From assembly GCA_001687465.1 (NCBI GenBank), contig LVLI01000209.1, forward strand, positions 1-45,550: DNA of 45,550 nucleotides. The letters are read 5' to 3'. The translations under genes and the position numbers were made by a program. The notes below the pieces were generated by a model. The model saw only the letters and a program-made list of their open reading frames with translations. It was not told the origin of the DNA and did no database searches. The stretch is from Halocafeteria seosinensis. Its lineage: Eukaryota. Position 1 is the stretch's first letter. The number at the start of each line of letters is the position of its first letter. Shown one piece after another: positions 1 through 9,529 of the stretch.

Positions 1-123
1 CCAGTGCTGTGTTCCCCCACGGCGCATGTCAGCAAGGCTGCAGGAACAGCGGGCCCGTCGCTGCTTAACACGGGCGCTTACCGCTCCTCGTTAAGAGGAT
101 GTGGTCAACTTCCCGGCCGGTGG

Positions 124-752
124 GCTATCTGTCACATTTGTGTGTGTGCATACACAGTAATGTCAATTTGGACAAAAATGAAAAGCCCATCCGTTATACC
201 GTCCTCATACAGTATTCAACGCCTTCAAGTTTGAGAGATGCTGAAACCTAAAGTCCGTTAAGGTCGCTTGATCAAATGCAAACATACCCAATGCCTTTAA
301 ACTTGGAACATGCCCAAAAGCCAAGTCTGAAATGGTCGTTTGGTTACAGCCATCGATCTCAACTTTGACAAATATTGAAAGGCTTATTCCCAATTGGCTG
401 TTGAGAGCAGTTCACCATGGTCAGCTTTGTCAGGTTCGGTAAGTGTCAACAGGCGTCGTTTGTGATAGTTGGTTTGTTATAGCGCTCTAAGGAGAGCCGG
501 ACTGAGTTTGTTAAGTGCTGGAAGGCAATGCCGGATATGTTCGTCTGAGTGCAGGCCCCAATACTCGTGTACCTCAAGTTTGACAGATGCTAAAATGCCA
601 CACCCGTTATCTTCGTTGCCTGCCACAGATCCAATTTGGTCAAAGTGGACAAATGCTGAACTGCAGAGTCAGCTATCTGCCTCAGATCAGGCTCAAACAA
701 CGAAGACTTTCCACTCCCCGGCCGGTGCTATCTGTCACATATATGTGTGTGT
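124..752. repeat. Dispersed imperfect repeat in probable host flank
   Basis: GCTATCTGTCACAT followed by a TG run at ~124-149 and ~727-752; no credible ORF in 1-1000. Confidence 0.4.
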
Positions 753-1128
753 GTTTGTGTTTCCAGGGACCGAAACTTGGCGTCGGTAATCCGGTTGAAG
801 CGATCCACTCTTAGTGACGTTTAAGTGGATAAATGCTTAAACATTTCTTTAACCATAAAGGATGTTTGAACTCGGTACTCCGTATCCCACTGAGAATGCT
901 CGGGGCAAGTGTAAACTACTGTACGTAGCGGTGGAACCGCACGTGCCCCTCAAAATTCGGGAACCATCTCTATCTCCTCATTTTGCATTGTTTCTCTGCA
1001 AAGGAAGACTAGAAAACAACAAGGCACTGTAATCGAAAGACCCAGTTACATTATCGCCGCTATGCTTTGCAACGGCGGTGATGTGCAAAGTAGCATTATA
1101 AAGCGTTCCAGCCCCAGATCCAGAGTGA

Positions 1129-1323
1129 AACCTCACCCTGCCTCACCCGACCGCATAACCCGACGATATACCCCCTATAACGTCACCTATCTGTTTCACC
1201 AAAATACCGCTATACGACCGCATATTCCGACGAAATATTCAGACGAACTGCGCAAAGGGATTCCCCACCTCAACCGAACCCGACCGCATAACCCGACGAT
1301 ATACCCACTAGAGAACCTCACCC
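1129..1323. repeat. Subterminal direct repeats at left end of copy A
   Basis: 29-mer ACCCGACCGCATAACCCGACGATATACCC at 1145-1173 and 1278-1306, degenerate copy near 1215; AACCTCACCC at ~1129 and ~1314. Confidence 0.75.
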
Positions 1324-1481
1324 GAATTCCACAAATTGACCCCTACACGACCGTGTCTCACGGGGGGTTCGACAAACGAAATAGCCATGCCTACGTGTCA
1401 AGCGACGGTGTCAAGTTGACTTGTGAAGTGACGAATTGCCCATTCCAGAAAAAATGATTGAACCGGTATAAAGTAAGTATT

Positions 1482-2600
1482 ATGCCAAATGATACAATGG
1501 AACAGGTATTGGATCAAATTCAATTCCCCACGTCTAAACAGAAAAAATTTCGTGACAAAGGCAGAGCCATAACATTTGGTTTTGTATCCAGACCGTTTAA
1601 CACCGACCAAGGTTGTAGCAAGGCTACGCTAGACTATCCACAGATATACCAAAATTTACAAGAGTGGGCTCAGACCCAATTTAATTGTTATGCTTCTACC
1701 ATAACGATTAATAAAAATTCTATCTGCAACCCACACAAAGACCAACGGAACGAGAGTCTCACCATGATTATTGGGCTAGGCGATTACACCGGTGGTCGCC
1801 TGTTATTGTATCCGGATGACGATAAACAAGGAGCACCTATCGCCATTGACATCAAAAACAAACCATATTGGTTTAATGGAGCATTAACACGCCACGCTAC
1901 CGAACATTTTAGAGGCACACGCTATTCTTTGATGTTCTATGATATGCGATCCAGTTGGAAATTGGAACACCGCCCTGAAGACAAACCGATCATTCGAGAC
2001 GTCTTACATGGGACAGCCTATCACACCAAACGATTTGGCATTGAAGCCGGTGACCATTGGATTGATGGGGGTGCTCATATTGGCACGTTTGCCTTCCGTT
2101 GTTTAAAAAACAAGGCAACCGTAGAATGTTATGAACCGGATGTAGATTCACTAGAGTATTTACAAAGAAATGTGGGTTGGAAATCGCCCAAATATCAGAA
2201 AAGTTTAAAGGGGCAACAAGCGTTTATTTATCCGTGTGCGTTGGGAGCGGGGACAAAAGACGTTCGACTTAGAACAAAAGGGCTAGTCAGCCACAGCCAC
2301 CGCAAAGACCCGGATGGTGACCAAATTGCCAAACAGATCAATTTGGCGGATGTCATGAAAAAGGGGGATTGTCTCAAACTAGACATAGAAGGCGGTGAAA
2401 TGGAGATTATAGACAACGTGGATCTATCCCCGCTGAAAAAACTGGTGGTAGCATATCACACCAATCACGACAACAACCGAGACCATTTGCTCAACCGGAT
2501 TGAAACACTCAAACAGCAATTCCGATGGGTTTGGCATCAAACAATTCCGGAATCACTCAATATGTTTCCGAACGAGATATTCATTTTTTGTATGAATTGA
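1482..2600 (+). CDS. 2OG-Fe(II) oxygenase fused to FkbM-family SAM methyltransferase
   Basis: N-half has HKD...HATE..GTRYSL (HxD...H...R-x-S); C-half has DGGAHIG, YEP and LKLDIEGGE. First ATG at 1482 lies 24 nt after AAAAATGA. Confidence 0.8.
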   Translation: MPNDTMEQVLDQIQFPTSKQKKFRDKGRAITFGFVSRPFNTDQGCSKATLDYPQIYQNLQEWAQTQFNCYASTITINKNSICNPHKDQRNESLTMIIGLGDYTGGRLLLYPDDDKQGAPIAIDIKNKPYWFNGALTRHATEHFRGTRYSLMFYDMRSSWKLEHRPEDKPIIRDVLHGTAYHTKRFGIEAGDHWIDGGAHIGTFAFRCLKNKATVECYEPDVDSLEYLQRNVGWKSPKYQKSLKGQQAFIYPCALGAGTKDVRLRTKGLVSHSHRKDPDGDQIAKQINLADVMKKGDCLKLDIEGGEMEIIDNVDLSPLKKLVVAYHTNHDNNRDHLLNRIETLKQQFRWVWHQTIPESLNMFPNEIFIFCMN

Positions 2601-2648
2601 CTTTGAAATGTTGAAATTCGGTTAGAGCCAAAACCTTAAACATGGTAT

Positions 2649-3044
2649 ATGCCACCCAAACGAGGTAACAACGTGTCGGAACACCTAAAATTGTCGCATA
2701 AAGACTTTGTTGATTTAGTCAAACGATCAACCGGAGAGCAGATTGTGGAAGTCATAAACGATCTGTACCAAAACCAGAATCACGAAGTTTTTAGCGAGGA
2801 GGTTGTACAACGCCTTGACGTTGCCATTGTGGAACTAGAAAAAAGGTGTATAGGTCAGTATCTAGACGACACAGGACATACTGTGACAAGCAAGGCCGAG
2901 GAACTGGCGAGTCAGTTGAAGTTCGAATTGGATCTGCCTGACCGAGCCTTCAAACGCTTTGATAAACTTGTGAAGAGTTTTAACGCCAAGGAATCCAAAG
3001 ACAAACCAATTTCAAACAAAAAGAAAAATGATCAGGAACAATAA
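2649..3044 (+). CDS. Hypothetical protein (131 aa)
   Basis: Tightly packed ORF; start context GGTATATG. Confidence 0.7.
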   Translation: MPPKRGNNVSEHLKLSHKDFVDLVKRSTGEQIVEVINDLYQNQNHEVFSEEVVQRLDVAIVELEKRCIGQYLDDTGHTVTSKAEELASQLKFELDLPDRAFKRFDKLVKSFNAKESKDKPISNKKKNDQEQ

Positions 3045-3053
3045 GAGTCAATC

Positions 3054-3689
3054 ATGTCACAACCAGCACAAACGCAATATGTTGAGATATGGAGATCAGT
3101 TCCCGAATATGACAACTATGAAGTATCCGATCATGGGAATGTTCGGAATATCAAAACGAAGAGGAAGTTAAAGTGGCAGGTGTATGAACGACCAAGTGAT
3201 GGTTACAAACATATTGAAGTTATTCTTTATAAAAATGGTAAGCGGAAGCAGTTTCAATTAGGTCGGTTGATGTTGTCGGTGTTCGGGTATTTGGATTATT
3301 CCAATAAAGCATACGACTGTGATCATTATGATCAAAACGGATTGAACAATAATTTATCCAATTTGCGGGTCTTGACACGTTCGGAAAACAACGACAGCAG
3401 ATCTAAATTTAAGGGTACAACCAGCCGTTACAGAGGGGTGTCGTTTCACAAACAAACCGAGAAATGGCGAGCCGATATTCGGAACAACGATGGTAAATTG
3501 GAGTATCTTGGACTTTTTGACAACGAAGTAGATGCCCGAAATGCATTTGCCAAACGAGTCCAACAATTACGAAATCCATCTATTTGTTATGACAACAACC
3601 ATTTCCACGAAATTCCACTGGATACTCATTTGGATTACGAATCTGAGGAATCTGAGGAATCTATCACGACCAATACATCAGATGAATAA
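3054..3689 (+). CDS. NUMOD4-HNH-AP2 homing endonuclease
   Basis: EIWRSVPEYDNYEVSDHGNVR (NUMOD4), DHYDQNGLNNNLSNL (HNH), SRYRGVSFHKQTEKWRADI..YLGLF (AP2-like). Confidence 0.9.
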   Translation: MSQPAQTQYVEIWRSVPEYDNYEVSDHGNVRNIKTKRKLKWQVYERPSDGYKHIEVILYKNGKRKQFQLGRLMLSVFGYLDYSNKAYDCDHYDQNGLNNNLSNLRVLTRSENNDSRSKFKGTTSRYRGVSFHKQTEKWRADIRNNDGKLEYLGLFDNEVDARNAFAKRVQQLRNPSICYDNNHFHEIPLDTHLDYESEESEESITTNTSDE

Positions 3690-3716
3690 GTCAATTAAAA
3701 ACAATTTTATTGACTT
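3688..3716. terminator. Intergenic hairpin, putative 3'-end signal
   Basis: AAGTCAA-T-TAAAA / TTTTA-TTGACTT immediately after the HNH stop. Confidence 0.5.
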
Positions 3717-3722
3717 TGTATA

Positions 3723-4094
3723 ATGACATCTGAACGACAAGAGATGAGGGAATGGGACACTCAGAGTCCTCTAGCAGGACATATCATTTATCTGAACGAC
3801 GATCTCATTGATAAAATCCGCAACTATCAAGCAAGTGCACATTATCAGGTCAGGGAGCTACAACAGCAACGAATACCAAATTACTGTAAGATTCTTACCT
3901 TTCTTGTCAATGACCAAAACCAAATTCACATGGATTCATTTGCCATTCTTGCGTGTGACTCCTACTCCGAGTTGGCGGATAATACGCTCTGTGAAACGGT
4001 TGATGGTCAATACGTTCGACCTGTTCGATACAATTTTGATTCAAACAGTCGAACGCCGTGGAATGACTTAATAGAACACCTTGGTATAGAGTAA
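3723..4094 (+). CDS. Hypothetical protein (123 aa)
   Basis: Start context GTATAATG; C-terminus (LIEHLGIE*) conserved in copy B at window end (LINYLGIE*). Confidence 0.75.
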   Translation: MTSERQEMREWDTQSPLAGHIIYLNDDLIDKIRNYQASAHYQVRELQQQRIPNYCKILTFLVNDQNQIHMDSFAILACDSYSELADNTLCETVDGQYVRPVRYNFDSNSRTPWNDLIEHLGIE

Positions 4095-4118
4095 TAAAGT
4101 CACACTTTGCGACTTTAT
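4094..4118. terminator. Hairpin between convergent genes
   Basis: ATAAAGTC...GACTTTAT; identical at 45495-45519. Confidence 0.6.
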
Positions 4119-4123
4119 ATCAT

Positions 4124-4213
4124 TTACTTTGGCTGAACAATCCGCCCAACCATCTGTCCCGCATCAATCAACTTTCCCACTGTACGAGCCTGTCTTTCAC
4201 GTTTGCCCAACAT
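4124..4213 (-). CDS. Conserved 29-aa microprotein
   Basis: MLGKRERQARTVGKLIDAGQMVGRIVQPK*; same-length ORF in copy B with many synonymous changes. Confidence 0.75.
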   Translation of the reverse strand: MLGKRERQARTVGKLIDAGQMVGRIVQPK

Positions 4214-4239
4214 AACAGTATATTCTTTCGCTTAATTCT

Positions 4240-5043
4240 CTAAAGTATTTCCATTAGTAACTCCAAATAAATATTTGACCCGTTCAGATTCATGTCCCGA
4301 TAATTGTCGTCCAATAATTCAATATCAAATTCAGACAACGAAGCATCAACAGGATGCATCACAATAGAGTTCCGTTCCGGTTCATAGATTAAAAAATCAC
4401 CAAAACTAACACTATTGGGAATAGACACCAAAGCCGATGGAACAATCGCATCATTCGGCGATAGTACCTTCCGGCTATCCACAATACTCTTGGAAGAAAT
4501 GTTATACACCAGAGTACTTGCGATTCGTGGCAACCCTGTTAAAGTATAAGTGGAAGCATCGGCAATCGGATCAAAGTCACTAGAAGCAATCAATCCAACC
4601 CGTTCATTCGCTTTATCCGGCAATTTATTACCATCTATATCAGTGTCTGTCTTTAAGAATCGCACTTGATTGCCTGTGGCGTTATCCACAATAATTCGTT
4701 GGCTGTCGCTATCTATATCGAAGGTCAACCCACTAAACCCTGCATTGTCCGCCAGATCGGTCAGATGGTCTGCGAAACCCTGCAGATCCTGAAACAACGT
4801 TGTCGTAGAAATAACCAAACTAGTGGCGGTCGTAGCGGAAGCAGAGTCATAAAAGTAGAGTTTGTTATCTTTATCATTGAACGGATAAGAAGTATTCGGG
4901 ATAATGGCTTTGGCGACGCCAATTTGGGCTTTCTGCCTGTGACCACCGACAGCGTCCTCTAGAAAAACTCGAAATTTGGTGCGAGATTCGTCCGTGGTCA
5001 ATCGGTCTATATCGCTATTAATCAGAATTCGTTTGGAACTCAT
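4240..5043 (-). CDS. Minor capsid protein (penton), putative
   Basis: 267 aa, beta-rich; ILINS, IPNT.YPFN...N.LYF, SIP..VSFG, FDIELLDD...LNG pattern typical of PLV/Polinton pentons; lies in the morphogenesis block. Confidence 0.75.
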   Translation of the reverse strand: MSSKRILINSDIDRLTTDESRTKFRVFLEDAVGGHRQKAQIGVAKAIIPNTSYPFNDKDNKLYFYDSASATTATSLVISTTTLFQDLQGFADHLTDLADNAGFSGLTFDIDSDSQRIIVDNATGNQVRFLKTDTDIDGNKLPDKANERVGLIASSDFDPIADASTYTLTGLPRIASTLVYNISSKSIVDSRKVLSPNDAIVPSALVSIPNSVSFGDFLIYEPERNSIVMHPVDASLSEFDIELLDDNYRDMNLNGSNIYLELLMEIL

Positions 5044-5045
5044 AT

Positions 5046-5072
5046 ATTAAGTGACTAAATCCTTCACTTAAT
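5046..5072. terminator. Intergenic hairpin with compensatory change
   Basis: ATTAAGTGA/TCACTTAAT in A; ATCAAGTGA/TCACTTGAT in B (44541-44566). Confidence 0.65.
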
Positions 5073-5230
5073 TAACGAGCGGATGGTGTCCGCAATACTC
5101 TCCGAATTTTGTTGGCGGATGCTCCTGCCGGTTGGGTAAAACGCCGACGCCTCTCTCCCACCGATTGATTCTTCTTGGATGACGGTTGATCTTTCTTGGG
5201 TACAGACTTAAACAGTTTCTTCCTTGGCAT
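5072..5230 (-). CDS. Small basic protein (52 aa), possible core protein
   Basis: MPRKKLFKSVPKKDQ...RRRRFTQPAGASANKIRRVLRTPSAR*; conserved in copy B; AATATATG start. Confidence 0.8.
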   Translation of the reverse strand: MPRKKLFKSVPKKDQPSSKKNQSVGERRRRFTQPAGASANKIRRVLRTPSAR

Positions 5231-5253
5231 ATATTATCAGCCGAAATTCTTTT

Positions 5254-5949
5254 TTACCATTGGGTCGTCGGATAGTAGTCCCACCCATTATAGTCACAGA
5301 TTTTCGCCCATATTTTGTCGTTGGTTCTAAATTTGCTTTGATAGACAATCAACTGTTCGCCTAGATCCCGAGACCGATTGAGTTCCAAGATCTTGAATAA
5401 AATGTAAGAATGTTCCAATAAATTCTTTCGTTCGGTGTCAATGTTGCTAAAGGCGTTGAAGACTTGGTCATAGACCTGTAAAATGTGGTATTGATACATA
5501 TTAGAGATCCGTGGCAACACTTCCCCACTAAAATAACAGTGATAGTCGTTCAACCGACTATATTCTGCAAACAACTTGTGATCACTAAAATACCGATACA
5601 ACCGGAAAAACGAATAGTCCAATCCGTTAGAATCCAAATAGTACCGAAACTGACGTATCCGCCTAGGTGGTAAAGTGTTCTGACGGCGTCCTTGAACGCT
5701 CAGCAGGAACTTCAAAAAGTTATTACGGCTGTGGTTGTAAATGGGCGAGAAAATGTCTTTTTCTGTGACATAGTTCAGATCCGGCTGATATTCTTTGCCA
5801 CAATCGGGACAAATCTCCAAATATGTATCGGGGTCAATCACTCGGTAAAAACAACAACAATCTGGACTATTGTCTGCTGGGGATACCAATTTTTTGCTCA
5901 TCTCCTCAGCCATAGCAAGGAAATAATCACCGTAGGTGTCCGTGGTCAT
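5254..5949 (-). CDS. VLTF3-like (poxvirus A2L family) late transcription factor
   Basis: Zn ribbon CPDCG; SRNNFLKFLLSVQG; RKNLLEHSYILFKILEL; DKIWAKICDYNGWDYYPT, matching VLTF3 motifs. Confidence 0.85.
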   Translation of the reverse strand: MTTDTYGDYFLAMAEEMSKKLVSPADNSPDCCCFYRVIDPDTYLEICPDCGKEYQPDLNYVTEKDIFSPIYNHSRNNFLKFLLSVQGRRQNTLPPRRIRQFRYYLDSNGLDYSFFRLYRYFSDHKLFAEYSRLNDYHCYFSGEVLPRISNMYQYHILQVYDQVFNAFSNIDTERKNLLEHSYILFKILELNRSRDLGEQLIVYQSKFRTNDKIWAKICDYNGWDYYPTTQW

Positions 5950-5954
5950 ATATC

Positions 5955-6968
5955 TTAGAGGCTAAATTTATTCTTAAAAGCCTCAATATTCTCTTTTAGC
6001 GTCCCGCTTTCATCAAATATCATACCAGCAATGACCGACGGATGAATGGCTGATTTGCCGTTTCCACCGATATCGTCTTTGCCAAATGCTACCGAAAATT
6101 TTTTGCCACCGGCCTCGAAATTGGCCACCATTTTCCCTTTCTTTTTGGGATGACGGCGGATATTGACCAATTTAATTTTGGCCTTCCGCTTCTTTTTGGA
6201 TTCACCGTTGTCTTTCTTTGGCTCGTTTGAACTAGATTGTGTTTTCACATCCTCGGGTCGTATTGTTTCACCATTTTTATCGTTCAGTTCGATGGTTTCC
6301 ATTTTACTTGTTAAAAGACGATTATTCTTGTCCTTGGTTCGATCAATGACCAAGAAATCAAATTTCTCTTCGGTTTGTTTGTTGAGGATTTTTTCGAATT
6401 TTTTGAAGGGAATGTTGATAGGATGTTCTTCCCAAATTTTTTTGATGTCAGCGGGTCGTTCAAAAAGAAACATAATGCTACAATTGTTGGCTCGAGTAGA
6501 TGGTGCTAGATCCGTATATCGCTGTGCCGTTATTATACCCCCGATTAAACCAGTCCGACCATTCTGCCATATTCTCGTGATGGTATTCGCCTTTACCTTG
6601 GAATTAACATTAAAGCTACTCAAGTCCTCCAGAACAAACAGACTAGGTTCGGGATCAGCCTCAATTTCATCCATGATTTCAGAGAGTTCGTCGTCTCGAA
6701 ATTCATTGAAAATGGTTAATTCAAAGTCAGGCTTTCGCTTCTCATAGATGCGACGGAATTTTTCGCTTGTATCCGGTTTCCCTGACACCAAAATAACACG
6801 TTTCAGTATTTTGGAAAGAAAATTAAACACAATATTCATTACAATATTTGTTTTTCCACCACCGGATTCGGCAATCATACAGGCTCGTATAGGGAAATGA
6901 AACGGCTCAACATTGAACGATTCCGACTCATTTTCAGTGAACACTTCAAAGAGATGACCGGAAGACAT
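5955..6968 (-). CDS. Genome packaging ATPase (A32/FtsK-HerA-like)
   Basis: Walker A AESGGGKT, Walker B FVLED, NGR arginine motif, ITAQRY sensor; Lys-rich C-terminal extension. Confidence 0.9.
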   Translation of the reverse strand: MSSGHLFEVFTENESESFNVEPFHFPIRACMIAESGGGKTNIVMNIVFNFLSKILKRVILVSGKPDTSEKFRRIYEKRKPDFELTIFNEFRDDELSEIMDEIEADPEPSLFVLEDLSSFNVNSKVKANTITRIWQNGRTGLIGGIITAQRYTDLAPSTRANNCSIMFLFERPADIKKIWEEHPINIPFKKFEKILNKQTEEKFDFLVIDRTKDKNNRLLTSKMETIELNDKNGETIRPEDVKTQSSSNEPKKDNGESKKKRKAKIKLVNIRRHPKKKGKMVANFEAGGKKFSVAFGKDDIGGNGKSAIHPSVIAGMIFDESGTLKENIEAFKNKFSL

Positions 6969-6971
6969 ATA

Positions 6972-7760
6972 CTATTTGCGTGAATTTTGACATTTCTTTG
7001 TCTTTTTGTGATGGGAAAGATTTCCTTTTTTAACCATTTCTCCACAATTGATACATTTAACCTTTTGTTCACTCCATGCTTTATGGTATGATTTTAGATG
7101 TTCTTGATTTTCTTTACGCCAAGCCCGATGTCTTTCTTGCGACGTTGGATATGGTTCTGTTCGACAATTTTTGCTTTTCTGATGTCTTTTTAGGTTTATT
7201 TGCGTTATAGTTTTTCCACAGACATTACAAGTACATGTCTGACGATTTATTTCTTTAAAATAATTGCGATGTTTTTCTTTATATTCCTTCCCTTTTTCTG
7301 CTAGGTATTCTTTGTGTTTGAATTGATATTCCTGTCTAAGTTTTTTATAGTGATCCTTATAGCGTTCTCGATGGTTCTTTTCCAATTCTTTTAAATGACT
7401 GGCATGACGTTTGCGATAGTCTTTGAGGTAGTCCGTTCGATTATTATATTGTGGTACATTTTGCTCGTTCAGATTAGCATCCAATCCAATTACATAGTGG
7501 TTTTCCATTTCGAATCGTTGCCATTTATCTTGGCAATAACAATATTGAAGTATTACCATGTCCCATGCTTTCCAACCACCATTTTCTCGTATGAACCTAT
7601 ACAGCAAGTAATGGTGTTTTTCACTATTTCCGTCATTTGTATTATATTCATGGTTTCTCTTCCTATGTTCAAAATTTGTTGTCGATCCAACATAGAGAGC
7701 ATCAACCGTTTTATCTTTTGGAATTATCTTATAAATAATAGCATTATTGTAATCGGGCAT
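6972..7760 (-). CDS. GIY-YIG endonuclease
   Basis: IIYKI...YVGSTTNFEHRKRNH...LYRFIRENGGW; C-terminal CxxC/H..C Zn modules; absent at this site in copy B. Confidence 0.85.
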   Translation of the reverse strand: MPDYNNAIIYKIIPKDKTVDALYVGSTTNFEHRKRNHEYNTNDGNSEKHHYLLYRFIRENGGWKAWDMVILQYCYCQDKWQRFEMENHYVIGLDANLNEQNVPQYNNRTDYLKDYRKRHASHLKELEKNHRERYKDHYKKLRQEYQFKHKEYLAEKGKEYKEKHRNYFKEINRQTCTCNVCGKTITQINLKRHQKSKNCRTEPYPTSQERHRAWRKENQEHLKSYHKAWSEQKVKCINCGEMVKKGNLSHHKKTKKCQNSRK

Positions 7761-7793
7761 GACGATTACAACTTGCTACTCATTCATTTTTAT

Positions 7794-9464
7794 TTAACGC
7801 TTGGCCAATAAAGTTTTGGCTTCGTCTTTACTGATTCCAAGTTTGCGGGTCACTTGATTTTGGAATTTGCGACTAAAGTCACTCCAATTTTTCTGACTTC
7901 CACTCAAAAACTGTCGCATGGCCTCTTTCTTTCTGGCATTATCCCTGATAGGATTGCCATTACGATTGACCACTGATCCGGTGTCAAAATTGACATGAAG
8001 TTGTTCACCGGTGGATTCCAAGAAAAAACCATCGCTGGTGTTCGGCTTTTTTTCTTTTGTCCCAATCTCTTCTGGAATCTCTTCCTCAGCACCTGCTCCT
8101 GCACCTGCACCAGCGGGACTTAGTTGTCTCCGACCTGTACTAGGCTGGGCTTCTTTCATGATTTTGCCGGTTTGTTTCCAAAGTCGTCCAATTTGTTTCA
8201 TGGAAAAACCTTGACCCGCCATTTCTGTCCGGAATCGTTCCAAGGTTAAGTCATCGTTTTGTAACAATCGGCGACTTACATTTTCGGCTTTGTTAATGGC
8301 TGTTTGTGGCAAATCAGGTTCGGCGGTTGGAACACCACTTTCTTTTTCACCTTCCACCGTTTGCGTTGGTGCTTGACTCTGCTGTGCCACGTCTGCTTCA
8401 TGCCGTGCGGACGCTCTGGATTGACTGGGCGTTTCACCGGTGGTTCGTTCCGATACGGGTGGCGGTGACCGTTCGCTTTGTTGTGCCATTTGAAGCGTTT
8501 GTTCACGGCTTAATGGATTCTGCGAACGGCCAACACCTGTGCCCATTCCTTGTAACCGTTTTCGTGCGGTGGATGGTGGCGTGGCAAACTTGCTTTCTTC
8601 TGTGGAACTTGGTAATTTACTTTCCGTGGCTTGTTCCGTCATTTGATTGGCTAGATTTTGTCGGGTATTTGCTTCCGCTCCCCGCTCGGGCGTCCCGACT
8701 TGCGACAACGCTTGGCTTTCATTCATTTGACGAATTTGTTGTAATTGTTCCTGTGTCTGCTGAGACATTTGTTGTTGTTCCTTTTGTAACCGTGACAATA
8801 CTTGTTGAACTTCTGGATCACCGAACGCCGGATTGTTTTGATTGGACAGTTGATTGGCTCGTTTGATCAATTCGCTAGTAGATTTTTGGGCATCACCCTG
8901 CTCAAACGCCCCTGCGGATTTCAAGGCTTTAATAATACTGTCCCGATCACGGGCAAACTGGCTGTTATTGAATTGTTGAATCTGTTGCCGAAGAAATTGT
9001 TTTTCTAACTCTTCAATGGGAGTCTTGGCCGGAGCAAACTTGCTGAGATAGTTGCGGACTTGTTCCACGTTTTCATAGACCGGAGCGGACGATGGATCAC
9101 GGATTTCCCGCTGAGGGGGATCACGGATTTGATACCGATTGACAAACAGAACAGGCGGTGTCCCGACCATGGGTTTGTTATAGTTCAGCGAAGCCACCTT
9201 ATCCTTTCTTGGCATCGGGGCGTATTTACCACAGAACTGGAAGGAAGTCGGATCGGTATTATATTCCTGTTCATAGGGTTGGGTGACAAACCCGCTTTCC
9301 CCATAGACGGTAGCATCATGACGAGTCCAACGACCAAGGACTGGGTCGTTATAATACCGAGCCCCATCGGGAAGAATAAAGTCCTGTTGGCGTTGGTGGT
9401 GGAAATCAAAGCCGGTATTTTTGAGACGTTGTGACAGATTGGCTTGATTCGCAAAGTAACTCAT
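7794..9464 (-). CDS. Hypothetical Gln-rich protein (556 aa), probably virion-associated
   Basis: Long ORF between MCP and ATPase, conserved in copy B; CAATATATG start; largely low-complexity. Confidence 0.8.
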   Translation of the reverse strand: MSYFANQANLSQRLKNTGFDFHHQRQQDFILPDGARYYNDPVLGRWTRHDATVYGESGFVTQPYEQEYNTDPTSFQFCGKYAPMPRKDKVASLNYNKPMVGTPPVLFVNRYQIRDPPQREIRDPSSAPVYENVEQVRNYLSKFAPAKTPIEELEKQFLRQQIQQFNNSQFARDRDSIIKALKSAGAFEQGDAQKSTSELIKRANQLSNQNNPAFGDPEVQQVLSRLQKEQQQMSQQTQEQLQQIRQMNESQALSQVGTPERGAEANTRQNLANQMTEQATESKLPSSTEESKFATPPSTARKRLQGMGTGVGRSQNPLSREQTLQMAQQSERSPPPVSERTTGETPSQSRASARHEADVAQQSQAPTQTVEGEKESGVPTAEPDLPQTAINKAENVSRRLLQNDDLTLERFRTEMAGQGFSMKQIGRLWKQTGKIMKEAQPSTGRRQLSPAGAGAGAGAEEEIPEEIGTKEKKPNTSDGFFLESTGEQLHVNFDTGSVVNRNGNPIRDNARKKEAMRQFLSGSQKNWSDFSRKFQNQVTRKLGISKDEAKTLLAKR

Positions 9465-9489
9465 ATATTGTATTAGTAAATTCTATCAA

Positions 9490-9516
9490 AATAAAGTGTC
9501 CAAAGAACATTTTATT
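9490..9516. terminator. Hairpin downstream of MCP
   Basis: Imperfect 12-bp stem; conserved at 40923-40949 with loop changes. Confidence 0.6.
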
Positions 9517-9529
9517 GTATTGTCGGTCT

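Noticed and set aside
918..927. ACTGTACGTA as inverted partner of 27176-27185 (possible TIR)
   Set aside because: Only 10 bp, does not extend, and no flanking target-site duplication.
4..1457. Short ORFs in the left flank, including 1062-1457
   Set aside because: No motifs, overlap repeats, and lack either start-context signature.
6163..6747. 194-aa antisense ORF in the ATPase and similar shadow ORFs (e.g. 8306-8866, 36982-37473)
   Set aside because: Antisense to well-supported genes; boundaries not conserved between copies.
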